DNA from: Eledone cirrhosa
Taxonomy: Eukaryota
DNA length: 64,000 nt
Reading direction: 5' to 3'
Assembly: GCA_964016885.1 (NCBI GenBank)
Contig: OZ024745.1
Location: 91,636,001 to 91,700,000, forward strand
Below, piece by piece: positions 1-13,529 of the stretch; position 1 is the first letter of the stretch, and each line of letters starts with the position of its first letter. Under the pieces are notes generated by a model. The model searched no databases, was not told where the DNA came from, and was given only the letters and a program-made list of their open reading frames with translations. A program made the translations under genes and the position numbers.

Positions 1-768
1 ACAGCTCCACTACATACGGTAAGTTATATTACTCTGCCTGAGTATCAAATAGCTCCACTAGATACAGTAAGTTATATTACTTTGTCTGAGTATCAAACAC
101 CTCCACTAGATACAGTAAGTTATATTACACTGTCTGAGTATCAAACAGCTCCACTAGATACAGTAAGTTATATTACTCTGTCTGAGTATCAAACAGCTCC
201 ACTAGATACAGTAAGTTATATTACTCTGTCTGAGTATCAAACAGCTCCACTATATAAAGTAAGTTATATTACTCTGTCTGAGTATCAAACAGCTCCACTA
301 GATACAGTAAGTTATATTACTCTGTCTGAGTATCAAACAGCTCCACTAGATACAGTAAGTTATATTACTCCGCCTGAGTATCAAACAGCTCCACTACATA
401 CAGTAAGTTATATTACTCTGCCTGAGTATCAAACAGCTCCACTAGATACAGTAAGTTATATTACTCTGCCTGAGTATCAAACAGCTCCACTACATACAGT
501 AAGTTATATTACTCCGCCTGAGTATCAAACAGCTCCACTACATACAGTAAGTTATATTACTCTGCCTGAGTATCAAACAGCTCCACTAGATACAGTAAGT
601 TATATTACTCTGCCTGAGTATCAAACAGCTCCACTAGATACAGTAAGTTATATTACGCTGTCTGAGTATCAAACAGCTCCACTAGATACAGTAAGTTATA
701 TTACTCTGCCTGAGTATCAAACAGCTCCACTAGATACAGTAAGTTATATTACTCTGCCTGAGTATCAA

Positions 769-960
769 ATAGCTCCACTAGATACAGTAAGTTATATTAC
801 ACTGCCTGAGTATGAAACAGCTCCACTAGGTACAGTAAGTTATATTACTCTGCCTGAGTATCAAACAGTTCCACTAGATGCAGTAAGTTATATTACTCTG
901 CCTGAGTATCAAACAACTCCACTAGATACAGTAAGTTATATTACTCTGCCTGCGTATCAA
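769..960. repeat. Representative of 4-monomer marker cassette type A (ATAGCTCC, ACACTG, TATGAA, TAGGTAC, GTTCC/GATGC, AACTCC, CTGCGT)
   Basis: About 20 copies read at ~769, 2689, 8261, 9701, 13873, 16229, 17717, 24725, 26213, 32113, 34469, 35957, 38697, 40137, 45421, 46861, 53765, 56121, 58521 and 62745. Confidence 0.9.
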
Positions 961-3900
961 ACAGCTCCACTAGATACAGTAAGTTATATTACTCTGCCTG
1001 AGTATCAAACAGCTCCACTAGATACAGTAAGTTATATTACTCTGTCTGAGTATCAAACAGCTCCACTAGATACAGTAAGTTATATTACTCTGTCTGAGTA
1101 TCAAATAGTTCCACTAGATACAGTAAGTTATATTACTCTGCCTGAGTATCAAACAGCTCCACTAGATACAGTAAGTTATATTACTCTGCCTGAGTATCAA
1201 ACAGCTCCACTAGATACAGTAAGTTATGTTACTCTGCCTGAGTATCAAACAGCTCCACTAGATACAGTAAGTTATATTACTCTGCCTGAGTATCAAACAG
1301 CTCCACTAGATACAGTAAGTTATGTTACTCTGTCTGAGTATCAAACAGCTCCACTACATACAGTAAGTTATATTACTCTGCCTGAGTATCAAACAGCTCC
1401 ACTAGATACAGTAAGTTATATTACTCTGCCTGAGTATCAAACAGCTCCACTAGATACAGTAAGTTATATTACTCTGCCTGAGTATCAAACAGCTCCACTA
1501 GATACAGTAAGTTATATTACTCTGCCTGAGTATCAAACAGCTCCACTACATACAGTAAGTTATATTAGTCTGCCTGAGTATCAAACAGCTCCACTACATA
1601 CAGTAAGTTATATTACTCCGCCTGAGTATCAAACAGCTCCACTAGATATAGTAAGTTATATTACTCTGTCTGAGTATCATACACCTCCACTAGATACAGT
1701 AAGTTATATTACTCTGTCTGAGTATCAAACAGCTCCACTAGATACAGTAAGTTATATTACTCTGTCTGAGTATCAAACACCTCCACTAGATACAGTAAGT
1801 TATATTACTCTGTCTGAGTATCAAACAGCTCCACTAGATACAGTAAGTTATATTACTCTGCCTGAGTATCAAACAGCTCCACTAGATACAGTAAGTTATA
1901 TTACTCTGTCTGAGTATCAAACACCTCCACTAGATACAGTAAGTTATATTACTCTGTCTGAGTATCAAACAGCTCCACTAGATACAGTAAGTTATATTAC
2001 TCTGTCTGAGTATCAAACAGCTCCACTAGATACAGTAAGTTATATTACTCTGTCTGAGTATCAAACAGCTCCACTATATAAAGTAAGTTATATTACTCTG
2101 TCTGAGTATCAAACAGCTCCACTAGATACAGTAAGTTATATTACTCTGTCTGAGTATCAAACAGCTCCACTAGATACAGTTAGTTATATTACTCTGTCTG
2201 AGTATCAAACACCTCCACTAGATACAGTAAGTTATATTACTCTGTCTGAGTATCAAACAGCTCCACTAGATACAGTAAGTTATATTACTCTGCCTGAGTA
2301 TCAAACAGCTCCACTAGATGCAGTAAGTTATATTACTCTGTCTGATTATCAAACAGCTCCACTACATACAGTAAGTTATATTACTCTGCCTGAGTATCAA
2401 ACAGCTCCACTACATACAGTAAGTTATATTACTCTGCCTGAGTATCAAACAGCTCCACTACATACAGTAAGTTATATTACTCCGCCTGAGTATCAAACAG
2501 CTCCACTACATACAGTAAGTTATATTACTCTGCCTGAGTATCAAACAGCTCCACTAGATACAGTAAGTTATATTACTCTGCCTGAGTATCAAACAGCTCC
2601 ACTAGATACAGTAAGTTATATTACGCTGTCTGAGTATCAAACAGCTCCCCTAGATACAGTAAGTTATATTACTCTGCCTGAGTATCAAATAGCTCCACTA
2701 GATACAGTAAGTTATATTACACTGCCTGAGTATGAAACAGCTCCACTAGGTACAGTAAGTTATATTACTCTGCCTGAGTATCAAACAGTTCCACTAGATG
2801 CAGTAAGTTATATTACTCTGCCTGAGTATCAAACAACTCCACTAGATACAGTAAGTTATATTACTCTGCCTGCGTATCAAACAGCTCCACTAGATACAGT
2901 AAGTTATATTACTCTGCCTGAGTATCAAACAGCTCCACTAGATACAGTAAGTTATATTACTCTGTCTGAGTATCAAACAGCTCCACTAGATACAGTAAGT
3001 TATATTACTCTGTCTGAGTATCAAATAGCTCCACTAGATACAGTAAGTTATATTACTCTGCCTGAGTATCAAACAGCTCCACTACATACAGTAAGTTATA
3101 TTACTCTGCCTGAGTATCAAACAGCTCCACTAGATACAGTAAGTTATATTACTCTGCCTGAGTATCAAACAGCTCCACTAGATACAGTAAGTTATATTAC
3201 TCTGCCTGAGTATCAAACAGCTCCACTAGATACAGTAAGTTATATTACTCTGTCTGAGTATCAAACAGCTCCACTAGATACAGTAAGTTATATTACTCTG
3301 CCTGAGTATCAAACAGCTCCACTACATACAGTAAGTTATATTACTCTGCCTGAGTATCAAACAGCTCCACTACATACAGTAAGTTATATTACTCCGCCTG
3401 AGTATCAAACAGCTCCACTAGATACAGTAAGTTATATTACTCTGTCTGAGTATCAAACAGCTCCACTAGATACAGTAAGTTATATTACTCTGTCTGAGTA
3501 TCAAACAGCTCCACTAGATACAGTAAATTATATTACTCTGTCTGAGTATCAAACACCTCCACTAGATACAGTAAGTTATATTACTCTGTCTGAGTATCAA
3601 ACAGCTCCACTAGATACAGTAAGTTATATTACTCTCCCTGAGTATCAAACAGCTCCACTAGATGCAGTAAGTTATATTACTCTGTCTGATTATCAAACAG
3701 CTCCACTACATACAGTAAGTTATATTACTCTGCCTGAGTATCAAACAGCTCCACTACATACAGTAAGTTATATTACTCTGCCTGAGTATCAAACAGCTCC
3801 ACTAGATACAGTAAGTTATATTACTCTGTCTGAGTATCAAACACCTCCACTAGATACAGTAAGTTATATTACTCTGTCTGAGTATCAAACAGCTCCACTA

Positions 3901-4416
3901 GATACAGTAAGTTATATTACTCTGTCTGAGTATCAAACAGCTCCACTAGATACAGTAAGTTATATTACTCTGTCTGAGTATCAAACAGCTCCACTAGATA
4001 CAGTAAGTTATATTACTCTGTCTGAGTATCAAACACCTCCACTAGATACAGTAAGTTATATTACTCTGTCTGAGTATCAAACAGCTCCACTAGATACAGT
4101 AAGTTATATTACTCTGTCTGAGTATCAAACAGCTCCACTAGATACAGTAAGTTATATTACTCTGTCTGAGTATCAAACAGCTCCACTAGATACATTAAGT
4201 TATATTACTCTGTCTGAGTATCAAACAGCTCCACTAGATACAGTAAGTTATATTACTCTGCCTGAGTATCAAACAGCTCCACTAGATACAGTAAGTTATA
4301 TTACTCTGCCTGAGTATCAAACAGCTCCACTAGATACAGTAAGTTATATTACTCTGCCTGAGTATCAAACAGCTCCACTAGATACAGTAAGTTATATTAC
4401 TCTGCCTGAGTATCAA

Positions 4417-4850
4417 ATAGCTTCACTAGATACAGTAAGTTATATTACACTGCCTGAGTATCAAACAGCTCCACTAGGTACAGTAAGTTATATTACTCTG
4501 CCTGAGTATCAAACAGTTCCACTAGATGCAGTAAGTTATATTACTCTGCCTGAGTATCAAACAACTCCACTAGATACAGTAAGTTATATTACTCTGTCTG
4601 AGTATCAAACAGCTCCACTAGATACAGTAAGTTATATTACTCTGCCTGAGTATCAAACAGCTCCACTAGATACAGTAAGTTATATTACTCTGTCTGAGTA
4701 TCAAACATCTCCCCTAGATACAGTAAGTTATATTACTCTGCCTGAGTATCAGACAGCTCCACTAGATACAGTAAGTTATATTACTCTGTCTGAGTATCAA
4801 ACAGCTGCACTAGATACAGTAAGTTATATTACTCTGTCTGAGTATCAAAC
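4417..4850. repeat. Representative of marker cassette type B (ATAGCTTC, ACACTG, TATCAA, TAGGTAC, GTTCC/GATGC, AACTCC, then ACATCTCCCC, TATCAGAC, GCTGCAC)
   Basis: Seven copies read at ~4417, 11285, 21029, 29525, 41865, 48589 and 51177. It shares a core with type A but has different flanking variants. Confidence 0.88.
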
Positions 4851-7800
4851 ACCTCCACTAGATACAGTAAGTTATATTACTCTGTCTGAGTATCAAACAG
4901 CTCCACTAGATACAGTAAGTTATATTACTCTGTCTGAGTATCAAACAGCTCCACTAGATACAGTAAGTTATATTACTCTGTCTGAGTATCAAACAGCTCC
5001 ACTAGATACAGTAAGTTATATTACTCTGTCTGAGTATCAAACAGCTCCACTAGATACAGTAAGTTATATTACTCTGCCTGAGTATCAAACAGCTCCACTA
5101 GATACAGTAAGTTATATTACTCTGTCTGAGTATCAAACAGCTCCCCTAGATACAGTAAGTTATATTACTCTGTCTGAGTATCAAACATCTCCCCTAGATA
5201 CAGTAAGTTATATTACTCTGCCTGAATATCAAACAGCTCCACTAGATACAGTAAGTTATATTACTCTGTCTGAGTATCAAACAGCTCCACTACATACAGT
5301 AAGTTATATTACTCTGTCTGAGTATCAAACACCTCCACTAGATACAGTAAGTTATATTACCCTGTCTGAGTATCAAACAGCTCCACTAGATACAGTAAGT
5401 TATATTACTCTGCCTGAGTATCAAACAGCTCCACTAGATACAGTAAGTTATATTACTCTGTCTGAGTATCAAACAGCTCCACTAGATACAGTAAGTTATA
5501 TTACTCTGTCTGAGTATCAAACAGCTCCACTAGATACAGTAAGTTATATTACTCTGTCTGAGTATCAAACACCTCCACTAGATACAGTAAGTTATATTAC
5601 TCTGTCTGAGTATCAAACACCTCCACTAGATACAGTAAGTTATATTACTCTGTCTGAGTATCAAACAGCTCCACTAGATACAGTAAGTTATATTACTCTG
5701 TCTGATTATCAAACAGCTCCACTAGATGCAGTAAGTTATATTACTCTGTCTGATTATCAAACAGCTCCACTACATACAGTAAGTTATATTACTCTGCCTG
5801 AGTATCAAACAGCTCCACTACATACAGTAAGTTATATTACTCTGCCTGAGTATCAAACAGCTCCACTAGATACAGTAAGTTATATTACTTTGTCTGAGTA
5901 TCAAACACCTCCACTAGATACAGTAAGTTATATTACTCTGTCTGAGTATCAAACAGCTCCACTAGATACAGTAAGTTATATTACTCTGTCTGAGTATCAA
6001 ACAGCTCCACTAGATACAGTAAGTTATATTACTCTGTCTGAGTATCAAACAGCTCCACTAGATACAGTAAGTTATATTACTCTGTCTGAGTATCAAACAG
6101 CTCCACTATATAAAGTAAGTTATATTACTCTGTCTGAGTATCAAACAGCTCCACTAGATACAGTAAGTTATATTACTCTGTCTGAGTATCAAACAGCTCC
6201 ACTAGATACAGTAAGTTATATTACTCTGTCTGAGTATCAAACACCTCCACTAGATACAGTAAGTTATATTACTCTGTCTGAGTATCAAACAGCTCCACTA
6301 GATACAGTAAGTTATATTACTCTGCCTGAGTATCAAACAGCTCCACTAGATGCAGTAAGTTATATTACTCTGTCTGATTATCAAACAGCTCCACTACATA
6401 CAGTAAGTTATATTACTCTGCCTGAGTATCAAACAGCTCCACTAGATACATACAGTAAGTTATATTACTCTGTCTGAGTATCAAACAGCTCCACTAGATA
6501 CAGTAAATTATATTACTCTGTCTGAGTATCAAACACCTCCACTAGATACAGTAAGTTATATTACTCTGTCTGAGTATCAAACAGCTCCACTAGATACAGT
6601 AAGTTATATTACTCTCCCTGAGTATCAAACAGCTCCACTAGATGCAGTAAGTTATATTACTCTGTCTGATTATCAAACAGCTCCACTACATACAGTAAGT
6701 TATATTACTCTGCCTGAGTATCAAACAGCTCCACTACATACAGTAAGTTATATTACTCTGCCTGAGTATCAAACAGCTCCACTAGATACAGTAAGTTATA
6801 TTACTCTGTCTGAGTATCAAACACCTCCACTAGATACAGTAAGTTATATTACTCTGTCTGAGTATCAAACAGCTCCACTAGATACAGTAAGTTATATTAC
6901 TCTGTCTGAGTATCAAACAGCTCCACTAGATACAGTAAGTTATATTACTCTGCCTGAGTATCAAACAGCTCCACTAGATACAGTAAGTTATATTACTCTG
7001 TCTGAGTATCAAACAGCTCCACTAGATACAGTAAGTTATATTACTCTGTCTGAGTATCAAATAGCTCCACTAGATACAGTAAGTTATATTACTCGGCCTG
7101 AGTATCAAACAGCTCCACTACATACAGTAAGTTATATTACTCTGCCTGAGTATCAAACAGCTCCACTAGATACAGTAAGTTATGTTACTCTTCCTGAGTA
7201 TCAAACAGCTCCACTAGATACAGTAAGTTATATTACTCTGCCTGAGTATCAAACAGCTCCACTAGATACAGTAAGTTATGTTACTCTGTCTGAGTATCAA
7301 ACAGCTCCACTAGATACAGTAAGTTATATTACTCTGTCTGAGTATCAAACACCTCCACTAGATACAGTAAGTTATATTACTCTGTCTGAGTATCAAACAG
7401 CTCCACTAGATACAGTAAGTTATATTACTCTGTCTGAGTATCAAACAGCTCCACTAGATACAGTAAGTTATATTACTCTATCTGAGTATCAAACAGCTCC
7501 ACTAGATACAGTAAGTTATATTACTCTGTCTGAGTATCAAACAGCTCCACTAGATACAGTAAGTTATATTACTCTGCCTGAGTATCAAACAGCTCCACTA
7601 GATACAGTAAGTTATATTACTCTGTCTGAGTATCAAACAGCTCCCCTAGATACAGTAAGTTATATTACTCTGTCTGAGTATCAAACATCTCCCCTAGATA
7701 CAGTAAGTTATATTACTCTGCCTGAGTATCAAACAGCTCCACTAGATACAGTAAGTTATATTACTCTGTCTGAGTATCAAACAGCTCCACTACATACAGT

Positions 7801-10800
7801 AAGTTATATTACTCTGTCTGAGTATCAAACACCTCCACTAGATACAGTAAGTTATATTACTCTGTCTGAGTATCAAACACCTCCACTAGATACAGTAAGT
7901 TATATTACTCTGTCTGAGTATCAAACAGCTCCACTAGATACAGTAAGTTATATTACTCTGTCTGATTATCAAACAGCTCCACTAGATGCAGTAAGTTATA
8001 TTACTCCGCCTGAGTATCAAACAGCTCCACTACATACAGTAAGTTATATTACTCTGTCTGAGTATCAAACAGCTCCACTAGATACAGTAAGTTATATTAC
8101 TCTGCCTGAGTATCAAACAGCTCCACTAGATACAGTAAGTTATATTACTCTGCCTGAGTATCAAACAGCTCCACTAGATACAGTAAGTTATATTACGCTG
8201 TCTGAGTATCAAACAGCTCCCCTAGATACAGTAAGTTATATTACTCTGCCTGAGTATCAAATAGCTCCACTAGATACAGTAAGTTATATTACACTGCCTG
8301 AGTATGAAACAGCTCCACTAGGTACAGTAAGTTATATTACTCTGCCTGAGTATCAAACAGTTCCACTAGATGCAGTAAGTTATATTACTCTGCCTGAGTA
8401 TCAAACAACTCCACTAGATACAGTAAGTTATATTACTCTGCCTGCGTATCAAACAGCTCCACTAGATACAGTAAGTTATATTACTCTGCCTGAGTATCAA
8501 ACAGCTCCACTAGATACAGTAAGTTATATTACTCTGTCTGAGTATCAAACAGCTCCACTAGATACAGTAAGTTATATTACTCTGTCTGAGTATCAAATAG
8601 CTCCCCTAGATACAGTAAGTTATATTACTCTGTCTGAGTATCAAACATCTCCACTAGATACAGTAAGTTATATTACTCTGTCTGAGTATCAAACAGCTCC
8701 CCTAGATACAGTAAGTTATATTACTCTGTCTGAGTATCAAACATCTCCCCTAGATACAGTAAGTTATATTACTCTGCCTGAGTATCAAACAGCTCCACTA
8801 GATACAGTAAGTTATATTACTCTGTCTGAGTATCAAACAGCTCCACTACATACAGTAAGTTATATTACTCTGTCTGAGTATCAAACACCTCCACTAGATA
8901 CAGTAAGTTATATTACCCTGTCTGAGTATCAAACAGCTCCACTAGATACAGTAAGTTATATTACTCTGTCTGAGTATCAAACAGCTCCACTAGATACAGT
9001 AAGTTATATTACTCTGTCTGAGTATCAAACAGCTCCACTAGATACAGTAAGTTATATTACTCTGTCTGAGTATCAAACAGCTCCACTAGATACAGTAAGT
9101 TATATTACTCTGTCTGAGTATCAAACAGCTCCACTAGATACAGTAAGTTATATTACTCTGTCTGAGTATCAAACAGCTCCACTAGATACAGTAAGTTATA
9201 TTACTCTGTCTGAGTATCAAACACCTCCACTAGATACAGTAAGTTATATTACTCTGTCTGAGTATCAAACAGCTCCACTAGATACAGTAAGTTATATTAC
9301 TCTGCCTGAGTATCAAACAGCTCCACTAGATGCAGTAAGTTATATTACTCTGTCTGATTATCAAACAGCTCCACTACATACAGTAAGTTATATTACTCTG
9401 CCTGAGTATCAAACAGCTCCACTACATACAGTAAGTTATATTACTCTGCCTGAGTATCAAACAGCTCCACTACATACAGTAAGTTATATTACTCCGCCTG
9501 AGTATCAAACAGCTCCACTACATACAGTAAGTTATATTACTCTGCCTGAGTATCAAACAGCTCCACTAGATACAGTAAGTTATATTACTCTGCCTGAGTA
9601 TCAAACAGCTCCACTAGATACAGTAAGTTATATTACGCTGTCTGAGTATCAAACAGCTCCCCTAGATACAGTAAGTTATATTACTCTGCCTGAGTATCAA
9701 ATAGCTCCACTAGATACAGTAAGTTATATTACACTGCCTGAGTATGAAACAGCTCCACTAGGTACAGTAAGTTATATTACTCTGCCTGAGTATCAAACAG
9801 TTCCACTAGATGCAGTAAGTTATATTACTCTGCCTGAGTATCAAACAACTCCACTAGATACAGTAAGTTATATTACTCTGCCTGCGTATCAAACAGCTCC
9901 ACTAGATACAGTAAGTTATATTACTCTGCCTGAGTATCAAACAGCTCCACTAGATACAGTAAGTTATATTACTCTGTCTGAGTATCAAACAGCTCCACTA
10001 GATACAGTAAGTTATATTACTCTGTCTGAGTATCAAATAGCTCCACTAGATACAGTAAGTTATATTACTCTGCCTGAGTATCAAACAGCTCCACTACATA
10101 CAGTAAGTTATATTACTCTGCCTGAGTATCAAACAGCTCCACTAGATACAGTAAGTTATATTACTCTGCCTGAGTATCAAACAGCTCCACTAGATACAGT
10201 AAGTTATATTACTCTGCCTGAGTATCAAACAGCTCCACTAGATACAGTAAGTTATATTACTCTGTCTGAGTATCAAACAGCTCCACTAGATACAGTAAGT
10301 TATATTACTCTGCCTGAGTATCAAACAGCTCCACTACATACAGTAAGTTATATTACTCTGCCTGAGTATCAAACAGCTCCACTACATACAGTAAGTTATA
10401 TTACTCCGCCTGAGTATCAAACAGCTCCACTAGATACAGTAAGTTATATTACTCTGTCTGAGTATCAAACAGCTCCACTAGATACAGTAAGTTATATTAC
10501 TCTGTCTGAGTATCAAACAGCTCCACTAGATACAGTAAATTATATTACTCTGTCTGAGTATCAAACACCTCCACTAGATACAGTAAGTTATATTACTCTG
10601 TCTGAGTATCAAACAGCTCCACTAGATACAGTAAGTTATATTACTCTCCCTGAGTATCAAACAGCTCCACTAGATGCAGTAAGTTATATTACTCTGTCTG
10701 ATTATCAAACAGCTCCACTACATACAGTAAGTTATATTACTCTGCCTGAGTATCAAACAGCTCCACTACATACAGTAAGTTATATTACTCTGCCTGAGTA

Positions 10801-12941
10801 TCAAACAGCTCCACTAGATACAGTAAGTTATATTACTCTGTCTGAGTATCAAACACCTCCACTAGATACAGTAAGTTATATTACTCTGTCTGAGTATCAA
10901 ACAGCTCCACTAGATACAGTAAGTTATATTACTCTGTCTGAGTATCAAACAGCTCCACTAGATACAGTAAGTTATATTACTCTGTCTGAGTATCAAACAG
11001 CTCCACTAGATACAGTAAGTTATTTTACTCTGTCTGAGTATCAAACACCTCCACTAGATACAGTAAGTTATATTACTCTGTCTGAGTATCAAACAGCTCC
11101 ACTAGATACAGTAAGTTATATTACTCTGTCTGAGTATCAAACAGCTCCACTAGATACAGTAAGTTATATTACTCTGTCTGAGTATCAAACAGCTCCACTA
11201 GATACAGTAAGTTATATTACTCTGTCTGAGTATCAAACAGCTCCACTAGATACAGTAAGTTATATTACTCTGCCTGAGTATCAAATAGCTTCACTAGATA
11301 CAGTAAGTTATATTACACTGCCTGAGTATCAAACAGCTCCACTAGGTACAGTAAGTTATATTACTCTGCCTGAGTATCAAACAGTTCCACTAGATGCAGT
11401 AAGTTATATTACTCTGCCTGAGTATCAAACAACTCCACTAGATACAGTAAGTTATATTACTCTGTCTGAGTATCAAACAGCTCCACTAGATACAGTAAGT
11501 TATATTACTCTGCCTGAGTATCAAACAGCTCCACTAGATACAGTAAGTTATATTACTCTGTCTGAGTATCAAACATCTCCCCTAGATACAGTAAGTTATA
11601 TTACTCTGCCTGAGTATCAGACAGCTCCACTAGATACAGTAAGTTATATTACTCTGTCTGAGTATCAAACAGCTGCACTAGATACAGTAAGTTATATTAC
11701 TCTGAGTATCAAACACCTCCACTAGATACAGTAAGTTATATTACTCTGTCTGAGTATCAAACAGCTCCACTAGATACAGTAAGTTATATTACTCTGTCTG
11801 AGTATCAAACAGCTCCACTAGATACAGTAAGTTATATTACTCTGAGTATCAAACAGCTCCACTAGATACAGTAAGTTATATTACTCTGTCTGAGTATCAA
11901 ACACCTCCACTAGATACAGTAAGTTATATTACTCTGTCTGAGTATCAAACAGCTCCACTAGATACAGTAAGTTATATTACTCTGTCTGAGTATCAAACAG
12001 CTCAACTAGATACAGTAAGTTATATTACTCTGTCTGAGTATCAAACAGCTCCACTAGATACAGTAAGTTATATTACTCTGTCTGAGTATCAAACAGCTCC
12101 ACTAGATACAGTAAGTTATATTACTCTGCCTGAGTATCAAACAGCTCCACTAGATACAGTAAGTTATATTACTCTGTCTGAGTATCAAACAGCTCCCCTA
12201 GATACAGTAAGTTATATTACTCTGTCTGAGTATCAAACATCTCCCCTAGATACAGTAAGTTATATTACTCTGCCTGAATATCAAACAGCTCCACTAGATA
12301 CAGTAAGTTATATTACTCTGTCTGAGTATCAAACAGCTCCACTACATACAGTAAGTTATATTACTCTGTCTGAGTATCAAACACCTCCACTAGATACAGT
12401 AAGTTATATTACCCTGTCTGAGTATCAAACAGCTCCACTAGATACAGTAAGTTATATTACTCTGCCTGAGTATCAAACAGCTCCACTAGATACAGTAAGT
12501 TATATTACTCTGTCTGAGTATCAAACAGCTCCACTAGATACAGTAAGTTATATTACTCTGTCTGAGTATCAAACAGCTCCACTAGATACAGTAAGTTATA
12601 TTACTCTGTCTGAGTATCAAACAGCTCCACTAGATACAGTAAGTTATATTACTCTGTCTGAGTATCAAACACCTCCACTAGATACAGTAAGTTATATTAC
12701 TCTGTCTGAGTATCAAACAGCTCCACTAGATACAGTAAGTTATATTACTCTGTCTGATTATCAAACAGCTCCACTAGATGCAGTAAGTTATATTACTCTG
12801 TCTGATTATCAAACAGCTCCACTACATACAGTAAGTTATATTACTCTGCCTGAGTATCAAACAGCTCCACTACATACAGTAAGTTATATTACTCTGCCTG
12901 AGTATCAAACAGCTCCACTAGATACAGTAAGTTATATTACT

Positions 12942-13529
12942 TTGTCTGAGTATCAAACACCTCCACTAGATACAGTAAGTTATATTACTCTGTCTGAGTA
13001 TCAAACAGCTCCACTAGATACAGTAAGTTATATTACTCTGTCTGAGTATCAAACAGCTCCACTAGATACAGTAAGTTATATTACTCTGTCTGAGTATCAA
13101 ACAGCTCCACTAGATACAGTAAGTTATATTACTCTGTCTGAGTATCAAACAGCTCCACTATATAAAGTAAGTTATATTACTCTGTCTGAGTATCAAACAG
13201 CTCCACTAGATACAGTAAGTTATATTACTCTGTCTGAGTATCAAACAGCTCCACTAGATACAGTAAGTTATATTACTCTGTCTGAGTATCAAACACCTCC
13301 ACTAGATACAGTAAGTTATATTACTCTGTCTGAGTATCAAACAGCTCCACTAGATACAGTAAGTTATATTACTCTGCCTGAGTATCAAACAGCTCCACTA
13401 GATGCAGTAAGTTATATTACTCTGTCTGATTATCAAACAGCTCCACTACATACAGTAAGTTATATTACTCTGCCTGAGTATCAAACAGCTCCACTAGATA
13501 CATACAGTAAGTTATATTACTCTGCCTGA
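12942..13529. repeat. Representative of a recurrent ~12-monomer cassette (CTG>TTG unit, TATAAA unit, GATGC/TGATT unit, +4 bp unit)
   Basis: The same ordered variants start at 5890, 12942, 15298, 22686, 23794, 31182, 33538, 37766, 43338, 50246, 52834 and 55190 (with the +4 insertion) and at 57786 and 61912 (without it). This cassette produces the repeated 195-aa ORF calls. Confidence 0.93.

Larger units (their letters stand above)
82..6477 (+). other. Stop-free reading frame through the repeat (16-aa unit TAPLDTVSYITL[S/P]EYQ); probably not a real CDS
   Basis: The frame is open because the monomer is 16 sense codons. The called start is TTG, the frame is also open upstream to position 1, and it ends through the +4 frameshift at 6451-6454. 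No non-repetitive domain is present. The confidence refers to it being coding. Confidence 0.07.

Noticed and set aside
370-960. CpG-creating variants (CTCCG, TACGC, TGCGT) as a methylation signal
   Set aside because: They are a few events amplified by duplication, and nothing about methylation can be inferred from sequence alone.
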